Assembly: GCA_026770705.1 (NCBI GenBank)
Contig: JANJGN010000035.1
Location: 8,618,001-8,682,000, forward strand
Direction: 5' to 3'
Length of the DNA stretch: 64,000 bases
DNA from: Isurus oxyrinchus
Taxonomy: Eukaryota
Part shown: positions 1 through 11,357 of the stretch, piece by piece
Position numbering within the stretch: the first letter of the stretch is position 1
How the letters are laid out: every line of letters starts with the position of its first letter
Made by a program: the position numbers and the translations under genes
Notes under the pieces: model-generated
The model's database searches: none
The model's input: the letters and a program-made list of their open reading frames with translations, nothing else
Told to the model about the DNA's origin: nothing

Positions 1-827
1 TGTGTTGATTTGTTTCGAAGTTTTAGTTCCGAGATGTTTATTGACATGTTCTTTACAATGCATTGCATCCTCCTCATTCGAAGTAACGTCTTAAATTATA
101 CTGAACTCTACATCTCAAGATTGTACCAAATTCAAATAACAGTGCTGTTGAGAGGCAGATTTCCTTTCATATTTAATTAATCTTTTCACAAAAATCCCGT
201 TAATCCTTTGGAATGAGATAGAGCATGTGTTTATGCTTTTGAGTTTTCCTAGAATTCCTTTGAGCATCGGATACTTTACCCCCCCCAGAATTTTAGAATA
301 CCAACTCCTATGAATTAATGCAACTTGTATGTATTAATCCCCATCAGCTTAGAAGCTGGTGATGCTAATCTGCAAAGGCGGTGGTAAATAGAATGCTTCA
401 TCTAACCCTGTCTAGCTTCATGATAACTTCAAATAGCGACCCTTTTTGCCAGCAATCTCAACTCAAAATTTTTGCCCAAAACTTTAGAATGTCTTAGTAT
501 ACCTTGCCTTTAACATAACATGGGGCTTGAAACCCTATAATGATGAACTGCACACACAAATAGCAATTTGCAGTAGAAAACACATTCAAGTTCACATACA
601 AATGTTTCCAACATACAGGCAAACGCATATTTAGAGGTAAGAATTTATATTCCTGTATCCTTAACATAACAAATTAAAATTCTCATATTCGAATCGAAAC
701 TTCAAACAGCAGTGCGGGAAATAAAGGGATCTTGAAGGGTGCACCAAAAGTGACAATCAAACTGGCGAAAGCTCACATTTCCACAGCTGCTTCCTCTTAG
801 TGCTTATTTACTCCCTAGAGGTAGTCC

Positions 828-830
<3 letters not shown>

Positions 831-880
<50 letters not shown>
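831..880. repeat. (CT)n microsatellite
   Basis: Long tctctc run seen directly. Confidence 0.97.
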
Positions 881-934
881 CCTACCCACCCCTTCTGTGC
901 AGCGTATTTTGTAACTTATTTAAATTAATCTTTT

Positions 935-1834
935 TTAGTTATAGATCTTTATTAGCGGAGCATTCGGGTCCCAATGATCCTTCAAATTTTTCAGGAAAAT
1001 CTCATCATCCTGCATTATACACCTCCAATTCATGTCTCCCTCCTCCAAGGCTTCCTTGACTGCCATTTCAAACTCCCTGTGCAGTGCTCTCGTCTTCTGT
1101 CGATCTGGGACGTCCCCATGTTTTGCCCTGTCTCCGTTACTAAGCTTTAATGGTAACATTCCCCAAATATCAGCTTGGCACTTCGCCTTCACCAGTGTGT
1201 GGGTATCAAGGTGGTGAAACGCATGGAAATCATGCATTACCCGTAGTATGTTCCAAGAATCTGCGTTGCTCTGCCGAGTTCTACGTCTCAGCATTTTTTA
1301 AGCAAAACCTGCTTCTCCCACGGTCTGAATGGAAGGTGACGAACTTTCTCTGTAATTTCCTCATCCTCTTCGCTTTCCCTAGCCCCCTTTCTCCATTCGG
1401 ATTTCAGTTTGCCTCCCCAGACTGTACATTTCCTAACAGTTACTGCCTTATGCACCATGGGTTACCATGGCTGTCGCTACTGGCTCAGTCTGTTCTGATG
1501 TGACCTAGTCTCTGTTTCTCCAATCCACTGGAATTTATTTAGCTGGCTGAACAACCGTAGGTACAATAGGATAATGACCATTAACCCTTTCTTTTCCTTA
1601 TCCTTTTTCTGTTCTATCCACCATTGTTTTTGTTCCCCAGCAGTCCCCAGTCTGTCCTTCCCCCAAACCCCCCACACCTCCTGCTGCATTTTTTATAATT
1701 GGCTTTGGCTGATGTTTCTCAATATACCTCGTAATGGAGTCTGCAGTTCCTCTGTCGAGTTCCATGGCATAATGCTCTTTCGCTGATGGCATTCCGTTTT
1801 TATACCCGTCTATCTCTGTGCGGCATGTTTGCAC
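935..1834 (-). mobile_element. Degenerate endogenous-retrovirus/LTR-element gag-like remnant (frameshifted)
   Basis: Consecutive minus-strand ORF pieces (1598-1834, 1477-1689, 935-1294) read like a matrix region (WGKDRLGTAGEQKQWW...KKDKEKKG), then a capsid N-terminal-like motif (HLPFRPWEKQVLL, ~1295-1340), then an MHR-like NWRCIMQDDEIFLKNL. No pol, PBS or LTR pair could be verified. Confidence 0.5.
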
Positions 1835-3027
1835 GGTCCTATCAAGTTACTTACTTGAGGTGTGTGGTTTTCGCATATGTGCTGGGGTTGGCCTCCCTGT
1901 GCGGCCTCGGCTCAGGTTATCTCTCAAACTGCCAGCACGACTCCATCCTCCAGTTAGTTGGACCCGGCCTCCCTGTGTGGTTTTGGCTAAGGTGAGGTTA
2001 TCAATTAACCCATAGCCTGCCAGCACCGCTCTGTCCTGCGACTACTGGGATCCCATCTCCCTGGAAATAGTCCAGACACCTTGTGCGGCTTGGGCACCGC
2101 TGGTTGGTCTGCATTGCTCCTATGCCTATTAACCCCCAGGCGTCTCCTATCCTGCCTTCTCCTTCTGATTATCTTGATACTTGACCAGACCATTCTCGGG
2201 CAGGGTTGCTGCACTAACTCTTATAAGTTCTTACTGTACCAATATATTCTCCCAAATAATTGCTTCATCCCTTTATTTCCCCCTAACAGGCTGAAACTAA
2301 ACAATGTAAAGAAAGTGAACTGTTACACTGTTGATCACCCATTGACCGAGCCTGGTACATGAAAGCTCAGTTATTGTGCTCAAAAATTCCTCCACTTACC
2401 TTGTACTACAGTGTCTGATGACGGTTAAACATGTTCTGGCTTCATCAATGTTGTGCTTTCAGCTATTACTACACAATTGGTAAATTTCAGTCAGAGCATA
2501 TAGTCATCAAGGCGGCATTCAGACTGTACTGCAATTTCGCCCTTCGCACACTGATAACGAGTATGGATATCGAAGTGGCTGATATGCAGGCTCTTCAAAA
2601 TGAAAGGTTCTGATCATTTTCTTATCCTTCCTATTAGTATGCTGCCTTTCAGAGGAAACAATGCCTATGTTACCTTTACTTCTTCCATCTCTGATTCAGT
2701 TTAGAGCAATTATTAAATGTGTTCTAAAATTGGAATAAGTCACCCGCGGTCACAGAAATGACATTGCTCATCGTAAAAGTTGTTTATTAACATAATATCA
2801 CAGGATATAGTTAGCAAGGGGTGAAGATTACTGCTGAATGATTTGACGAAAAAGAGCAAACAGATGGAGTTCGCAGTGAACTATCTTAATTGCCATATTA
2901 CATGACTTGAGCAGTTTTCATTCTCGCTGTTTCCTGCTGTTCATTTCATGGTCATTTCAATTCACTGAACATTTAGCAATTTCAGAGATGGAAGAAATGT
3001 GGATATCGAAGGAAATTTTATCCAATC

Positions 3028-4500
3028 GGCCTTAATTTTATGCTCTCCGGTCCGCGATATTGTTGGTCGGGAGCCAGCATAAATGTTTAAATGAGGTTCC
3101 TACTGGCTTCCTGCCTGCTCTGAACTCCCAGCAATTTTAAGCCGCTGTGGGATTGGCCTTGGCATGCCGGCCCGCTCTAGCTGCAACTGAGGCTCTTAAT
3201 TGCCAAATTAGTGAACAATCGACGGCTATTTTTTACGCTGCCTCATTTTTTGCGCTTGCTGAATGAATGGCCAGGTTTGGGGCTAGACTGATAAAAAACA
3301 TATTTAGGCCTCGAGCGTGAAGGAGAGGGGCCACCTCAAAGAGAGTTTCCTCTTTTAAATTCAGCACCACTCCCGATTAAGTCCGGTAACGGCTGGACCT
3401 GCCTAACCGACCGGCATTACCCTGTCCACCTAAACGCCAAATGTCTTCCAGTTCTCCAATGCCAACATCGACGTGGTGCCCCGAAACTTAAGGTTCCCTG
3501 GACACTTGGGATTCAGGATCCAAGTACCGCATATAGTTCTTGTCATGTCAACATGAACTTCATTAGCTGCTGGCCAGGAAGTCAGTGAGAGTGGACCTTT
3601 CCACATTGATGATTGGAAGACGCATGCTGCAATTAATGCTGAGTGCTGAATGAAATCGTTGGGGAGCAGGCAATCACTATGGTAATGCGCTGAGCAACAA
3701 ATCTCCCGATTCTGTGAATTGAACAGCCTCTCCTTCCCCAAATAAATATCACTTCACCGAGAAACAAATCAGGTCCTCACAGACCAATCCTGCAGCAATA
3801 AGTTTTGTGGTTCTCATTAATGCGTCCGGGTGTAGGGCGGAAGTGGGGCGGAATTTCTACCATCAGCTGCCACATTGGCCGGCATCGCCAACAGTCCTGG
3901 CAGCGCCACGAAGGAGCCAATGGCAGCTACCAGGGCTGAAGATAAAAAGCGAGGCCCATATCCTGGCAGTTAATACTGAGTTGTGGTGCCGTTTGGGCTT
4001 GCTAGTCTTTGGGAGGTGGAGAGACAAGGATTGTGGGTGGGATTAAGAGTCGTAGCGTTAGGTAGGAAGGGGATTCAGTCTAATGAGAGAGGGGTATCCC
4101 ACGATGTTCAAACTGCAGGATCTAAAGTGCAAAATACATTGCTTCCCGGCCTTGAGCCAAAGTAATTGTTGCTCGGCAACCTATATTTCGTATACATCGG
4201 CTTGTGAGCAACCCTGAAAGACCTTAAGTTGAACAATTAAATAGCATTGGAAGGCTGTGGAATTATTTTCCAGCTCTCCGCACCCTTTATGCAGAATCAC
4301 TTCATTGGCCCACCAACGTGAAACCTCTTTGCTATGGATAGAATTTTACATCTCGCCTTGGCAGAGCAACTGAACAGAAGATTCCCGGCGCACATCCCGC
4401 ATGCCAGCAATGTTGGGACCTGCCATCACACACAGAATCAGTGCCGTGCACAGCGTCAACTAAGAGGACACTTAACTCCGTGCAAAAAAAAAAATCAGGC
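3028..4500. mobile_element. Non-autonomous DNA transposon (Harbinger-like MITE), degenerate
   Basis: Imperfect terminal inverted repeats: ggccttaattttatgc at 3028 and gcaaaaaaaaaaatcaggc ending at 4500. The interior is GC-richer and non-coding, and it lies next to a Harbinger transposase remnant. Confidence 0.4.
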
Positions 4501-4799
4501 AATTTTACTTTGCCCTTAAGATGTCATATTTATCATAAATGCTAAATGCGCAGACGGGCGACTCAAATTTTGCAAACTATGATTCAAGTGCAATTAAAAG
4601 AGTCAGTTGATTTCCCATTGGGATTACTGAAGTGTTCTGCAGCACGTTTGCTACTGGCTGCTTATTTGAACTTGACAATTCATCTCCTATCTGAGCTTTA
4701 TTGTTAGCATTTCTCGTCTTCAATGTCGAACACATTGGTGAACCATGGCTCCCTAATTATATTGACGGTGTAGAATCTTTATGCTATCAGGCTTTTGTG

Positions 4800-5950
4800 A
4801 CTTTGGTAATGCAGATTCTCGCCTAAGCTTTTGGCACCACCATTGAGGAGGAAGAGAGGGGTGGAAGTGACAGCAGGAGAGGTGCCCCACATAAGCTTCT
4901 GGAGGAAAGACCTATGGTTTAAGAGGCGAGGACTTAAAACTAGCAGTGGCAAAAAGTAATTCAAGGCCGAAAGAGCAGAAGAAGATGTCACTAGCCTTCT
5001 GCTATGGTTTATGTGCAGCAATGTACCTACCACATTATGTTGGGGTGCAATGCCGATGAAGCTACGACACTCCAGGAAGACGGTGTCCTCTATTTGTCAG
5101 ATGTTTTGGACCGAAATAACCTCCAATTGTGTGAGTGAAAAACGCTATGTTACTGGAACTGAAGATTGCAATTGCCGGCCACTTAAATGCCTCCGGCTCT
5201 TTCCAATGGGCAGTGAGGTTCTTGGTGGAGTGTCCCAATCAACTGAACACAGTTGTGTCAAGCTGGTTCAGTAGCTCTGTTCAGCTGGATAATCCCATTT
5301 ATCAGTCCCATATGTATGTGGCCTGGCAGGCTTCGTGAGCCAATGGTTTTGCAGTAATTGCCAGAACACGCCATATCCAAGGTTCAGTCGTGTGCACACA
5401 TTTGGCCATCAAGGTGCCAGTTGCTTTGTCGTGTGCATTCGTCAACAGGGCTGGATTCCACCTGATAGTAGGTGACCAAAGGACACAGGTGCTGCAATTC
5501 TGCGCATGATACCCAAATCCACTCATGACGAGTATATTGCTGGGAGACTCTCAGGTCCCAAGGCTGTTCAATGTTCCAGCTTGACAGGATGGGTGGCCGC
5601 TGTTTGACAAGGTCTATTCGCTTAGTTTAGATTTTGATGTGTCTCCACCATTTAAGAGCAGAGCGAGAGCAACTTTATAATAGGAGCCAAGCCATCAAAA
5701 GTGTCCTTTTGGAGAGGACTATCGGCCTTCTGAAGATGCGCTTCCAATGCCTGGGTTCTTCAGCAGAGGCACAGAAACACCACCGAATGTGGCTGTCGCA
5801 GATTGTAGCTGTGTATTACTTTCTCCACACTCTGGACCTTGCAATGGGTGAGGGTGGGAGTAGGGATCCTGGAAGAAGATTATGTTGATGCAGCGTCATC
5901 GGCCACAAAGGATGAATCTAGTAGTGAGTCAAAAGAGGACAATGGTGAGG
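4800..5950 (+). mobile_element. PIF/Harbinger (HARBI1-type) DDE transposase remnant, with stops and frameshifts
   Basis: Motifs in the expected order: LKIAIAGHLNASGSFQ; IQGSVVCTHLAIKVP...FVNRAGFH (cf. GAIDCTHIAI..P..YVNRKGFHS); KSTHDEYI (cf. GSTHDS); GWPLFDKVY (cf. GWLLGDKGY); YNRSQAIKSVLLERTIGLLKMRFQCL (cf. YN.AH..TR..IER.FG.LK.RFRCL); then an acidic tail. Confidence 0.85.
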
Positions 5951-6379
5951 AGTATGCTGAGGGCATTTTGGCATATATTTGGTTCCTTCAGGGAGGGTGG
6001 GAAAACCAGGATGCTTCACTTCCAAAGCTCTTTTCGCTAGGCTGAGAAAGATCTCCTTCCAAAATACGCTAGGCCTGCCGCCTCCATCCACATCCCAGAT
6101 ATTTGAAAAGATCTTTAAATTTGAATCTAAATTCCATTCAATACTGTTCACAGTAATAAACTATTACGTGGTGGTGTACACTGCAGCAAAATAAGAAGAA
6201 AGGTGAAACATGCCCTGAGTATCGTGATAAACACAAAATCTATCTCATTTTGACAATGAAAAAAAAATATAATTCTCGTTTCTCTTCATTCCCATGCGAG
6301 TAAACATAAGCCATGCATGAGACACCAGGAGATTAGCATGTCCTGCTCATAAAATTAATTATGCTAGCATTACACTACA

Positions 6380-7400
6380 TCTTGGTAGCACCCCGCCCCC
6401 TCGCTGGCTGCAACACTTGTAGAAGCTCACCAAATCTGCTAACGTGTTGCCCTTAATGGCCTTGACGGTCCTCCTCTAGCCACTGGAGCCGGTGCTGTCG
6501 CAGCCTGGTAGGGAGCAGCCATTGCCACTTCCAATATCTCCCCTGTAAAAGCAAACTCATCAGTTGTCAAGGCCATTGGCAGCGGGGCAGGGGCGCTGCT
6601 GATCATACAGAGCACCCTGAGAGGCGCCCACAGAGATGTCAAATCGCCCCCAGGCCACCTTCTCGTTCATTTGGGATTCATGTTTCATGTTCATGTTTGG
6701 CTCTCCTAATTGACAAGGCAGCGTGAATGTAAATGATCGCTGGCCACAGTCCATTTCCTGGCCTTTTAAATGTCTGCCCATTGCGCTTGTCTGACAGTAG
6801 TTAATTTCAATCCTTAAATTTGTGAGTTTAAGGGATGGATTTTATAGCATACTTGGAGGCTTCAAAGGACGAATATATCTTCTGTGTTGTGAACAATGAA
6901 GAAATGCAATTGGTGAGTGCAGGGTTCTTCAAAGCCAGATTGTGATTTTGACATGGCAAGGAAAACAAGAGTGGGTGGTCAGCCTAACGCCAACCCATCC
7001 ACTCCCGACTGCATTTCATGATATGGTGGATGGTCAAGGCATCACACTTCCGCCCGCCATCAGGCCTTGGGAGGCAATAGTTGAAGACAAATCAAGGGCA
7101 TGTTTATCCATTTGTAGTAAATAACATGTGTGGCTGAGTGAAGGTGGAAGACTGCTCGGCAACGCACAACTTTTGCAGTTGAACAAAAAGGTGGGAAGGA
7201 AGTATTGGTCAGCTGGATGAGAGGCATCTTTGGCCTGCCCGCAAGCAGGAACTAGACGTTTTTTGTCACTTGGCATTTCAAGACATCATCTTGCTCTCAT
7301 GCCCACATTTCAAACCTTGGCAATGTCCACTCAAGCCCAACGCAAGCTGGAGGAGCAGTAGCTCAACTCTTGACAATGTACTTTGCATAGTCTCATGCTT
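6380..7400 (-). mobile_element. Possible remnant of the convergent second ORF region of the Harbinger element
   Basis: GC-rich sequence with low-complexity Ala/Pro-rich minus-strand ORF pieces (APAPVARGGPSRP) just downstream of the transposase. No Myb/SANT motif recognised. Confidence 0.3.
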
Positions 7401-7639
7401 AAGATTGAGTGCAACAACTTCAGACCATGATATCTCTCCACTGTCTTCCAACAACACCCTCTTCTTTTTCTAACTTATTCACAGGCTTTATATGTTATTT
7501 ACTATCAATCATTTAAAAAAAATATATTTTATCCTTTTCCTCCTACTGGCGTGCTACACGAACGCCTCCCATCCCCCCACCACCCTCCAATCCAGCACAC
7601 ACAACCCAACGATCAGGCCATCTATCATTAGTTTATGCT

Positions 7640-7770
7640 TCGGAATATGTAGTACGGACTCTAAAAATTAAACCTGTTTCTCAACCACAGATGCTTTCGA
7701 ACCTGTCGAGTTGTCTCCATCATATTCTGTTTTTATTTATATTTATATCATCCGCAGCTTTTGCTTTTTC
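7640..7770 (+). repeat. Penelope-type terminal-repeat fragment
   Basis: acagatgctttcgaacctgtcgagttgtctccatcatattctgtttttattt resembles the tails at 21960-22050 and 50270-50350. Confidence 0.55.
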
Positions 7771-10700
7771 TTAGCTTTGTAACCTCATTTGTTGTGGGAA
7801 GCGGTGGGGGGCGGTGTTTCACTGTGTCCATCCGCTCCTCCCCTCTATGCCTCTGCACTCCGCCTACATAAAGCGATTCTAAAGGCAACGCCTGGAATCC
7901 AGCATTCCCAACTCCCACCCCCGTATTAATACTCATGAACACACTTGAAAAAAACATTAATTCAATGAACTGAATTTTATGAGAGGAGCCACATTCCTTT
8001 ATATCGGAAGTGTGTGTCAACCCAGCATTGGATATAAATTGCTGCTGGCGCTGCGGGGTGTGCAAGAGCAGTCATTTAATCGGATTGGTGGCAAGTCTTG
8101 TGGGCGGGACGTTCCTGAAAAAAAAAACACATCTCATTCTGTTAAGTAGACGACTAAAGAAAAGGAGAACGAAAATCTGGAGCAGAAAACTAAAGGTGTT
8201 CTCAGCCTTCTCAGGGAAGAATTTTATTATTACCCAGTCCTGAATAACCAGCCGCTAATGTTGACACTGTTCCCGGCTAACAGAAACATGGTCTCATTTT
8301 CAATTCTGCTTATAGAATATCTCATGTTTTAATATGTGCATCTCTCATTCTCCTGAAGCCTAATTATTTTGTCATCTCACATTAATTAATATTCCATACC
8401 AGGAACATATTCAATGAATAGTCCATACATCACCTTAAAATATACTAAATACTTGTTTATATATGGTGAGAAAAACTAGAAACATTACTCCAGGTATGGC
8501 CTCAGAAAAAATGACTGGTGGAAATGGGAAATGCTGAGCGTAGTCTGTGGGTTGGACATTAACCGTGGAGAAAAGTAAAGTAAATTTTTCAGGGCGATGT
8601 ATTTTCTTCAGAACTGAAGAAATATAGAAATGCAGTAGGATTTATCCAATGAAATTACACTGGCAAAAGAAGAAGAAAAATGGTAAGTTTTTGAATGGTG
8701 AAATGCAGTAGAGATTACATTGGACGTGTGGACTTCTCAACGCACATGAACCAAATGACTTTGAACATTTGGTCTTTTCAACACAGAGACGTTTAAATCA
8801 GTGTTAAATAAGGCAATAAAGGGAAGTTGTCAGCAGTTGATAAATGGTAGTTAGCAGTAACATAATGTAGTTGTTGAACAGGTCGAGTGACATCATTTTA
8901 TTCAAATGCTATTGCATTTGGCTTTGTTCAGTTATACATTTCAGAGTTTTCAGGCCAACAATTTAAGTAATGGCTAGTGTGATCATCCTCCTTATGTTGA
9001 CCGTATATTTCCAAGACATAGCTCACGCTGTTTTTAAGTAACAGAACTTAACAGTTGATTGGAAGGATCTTGGCGGGATATTTAACAAGTATTTTTTAGA
9101 GAAAAATATTATTTCTGTTCTATGTCTCATGATGATAAAATGATGATTAGAAACATATTGCTGATTTAAGAGTTACAAGACGTTCAATGTACAAGCTTCA
9201 TTACCTAAAATGCAGAAATTTAATGTTCCTGTTTTTTTTTGTTTCCTGGAAATGCCCTGATGCTGTGATGCTTCCAGGCGTGGGCATGCACTCAAAAGCA
9301 AGCTCGCAGATCTTCAAGAATTTAAGGGTAACCTTCTTCAATTTGCAAACACTGATTCGGGGAGAACAACAAAATTACAGGTGCCTGTTCGCACAAGTTG
9401 TATGTGCCTGTTGCATAGACGCAGCACTGCAGCAGAGATCTGACGAGACAAAATAGAACTTGATGGTTAGTTTCATGTTCTCATAGGTTGGAGCAAAAGC
9501 AAAGCAAACAATTTCAGAATGAATTGTTTCAAAAGAAGAAAGGTAAATGTTAACATTTTATTAAATAATATGGCAGACGTTTGAAAGGTCAATTCACCAG
9601 GTATTGTCCCAAGGTACGGTGAATCGACCAACTAAACTTAGTTTTCCAATACACTTCAAGAACATATATAATCCTGATATAATACAAATCTCTTAGTTCC
9701 CAATGCAGTGGCAAAGCTCAATTCATCCGGTAGGATTCTGAAATGCTGTGCAAGCATGTGTGCACCTTGGATTATTCCCAGGCAATTTCAACATGAAGCC
9801 AAATTCGGCGGGATCATATCACCCGTAAATTGAGACCAGGTATTCAGCTGGCGAGGTCAAAATATTCAACCAATTCCCTTGCTCCATCCGGCATGATGAT
9901 GATACACAATAAATTCTCTCTTCTCATCCCTCCACCCGGCTGCATTCCAGCCACCCTACAGCTCCCCCCCAAACGCGCCACACAGAAATGCCCCCAGCAT
10001 CCCTAACTAATGTGCTCGCCAATCAACGCATTACGGCATTTCCAATTAGCCTGTCCAAATATGCATTTTAAAAGATCTATTTAGTATCTGCTTTGTCGAA
10101 TTAGGAGATAATTTTAATAATTTTGGGCATCTTTCTAAAAAATATATTGCTTTCAATTCAATCCTCAGTTTATCATTCAAGTCCTTACACTTAATACAAC
10201 TGCTCTTTCAACAGAATTGTCATTTCTTTATTGCGATTCTATACAAGCATTCCACAGAGGAAGCAAAATATTTACTGAAGCTGTGTCCTGGAAACACTGC
10301 CTGCCAATTTCGTGCTTGTGAGTTAGTGAGAATGCGCATGTGCATCCAAGTGTGTGTTTGCATGTGTTTGTGTTTTATTGTCTCTGTGTTTGCACGTACA
10401 TTCTTTAACAGATCATCCAAATTGCCTGTAGTGTAAAAAGTTCGTAAGTAATCCATATTCTACAATTGAATGTCTGTAATATTGCTAAGTGCCATGGCGC
10501 TAAGATCATCATTGCATGTGATACAACTGGGTTTGAATTCTATCAGCTTAGACTTTCAAATTTTGCCCGTGTCTTGCACGGTTTGTATGGGTTTCAGCAA
10601 CATATTGATAATATTAAAAAAATTTTTTTTTTTTCCTCTTGGAGGTTGGCTTTAAAATTGGACAATGACCTTAATGAAACTTCCATGTCTGCAGTTGGAG

Positions 10701-11228
10701 GATATGCTCACTGGAACAGATTTCGGAATATACAATGTTGTTGACTCCATAAACAGATTGGCAGGGTTGGATAAAAAGGTTGCCAGAAAGGGGTAGCAAA
10801 TTAAGAGGAACTACCTAGCAACAAAAAATGTAAATGGCTACTGATCAGATGTCCAAATGTGGTGTGAAAAAAAAGAGTAGATAAATCCCAGCCTTCAAAA
10901 CGAACAATCATATAAGTTTTCATACCTGTGTGTGCAGCATTACAGGAAATCTACAAGGCTAACTAGGTGCTACCTCTGCATCTTTCTTCCTCTGAAAAAA
11001 GAAAATGCCTGGAATGTCCAATAGGGGAAAATCACCAGCAGACATATTGCATTACAACTTACAACTAGTAAACAAAAGACTGAAAGCGTTGGCAGGCCAG
11101 CTCGTGTCATTATCAAAGAAAAACAGGGAATCTCTAAGACATCAATAAATAATCAACCGATCTAACTATGTAAGTCAATTTATTGCAATTGAACTACGTT
11201 ATTTCACCGTCTAAATCCATTTTTCCAT

Positions 11229-11357
11229 NNNNNNNNNNNNNNNNNNNNNNNNNNNNNNNNNNNNNNNNNNNNNNNNNNNNNNNNNNNNNNNNNNNNNNNN
11301 NNNNNNNNNNNNNNNNNNNNNNNNNNNNNNNNNNNNNNNNNNNNNNNNNNNNNNNNN
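11229..11357. other. Assembly gap (129 N) followed by (TG)n
   Basis: Run of N, with gtgtgtgt repeats immediately after it. Confidence 1.

Noticed and set aside
2000-2400. Primer-binding site/LTR for the gag-like element
   Set aside because: No convincing tRNA 3'-complementary 18-mer or TG...CA repeat pair found.
5634-5888. HARBI1 host gene
   Set aside because: Multiple stops, frameshifts and damaged catalytic motifs indicate a decayed transposon copy.
9660-9900. tRNA gene
   Set aside because: At best a very degenerate reverse-oriented SINE; no cloverleaf could be drawn.
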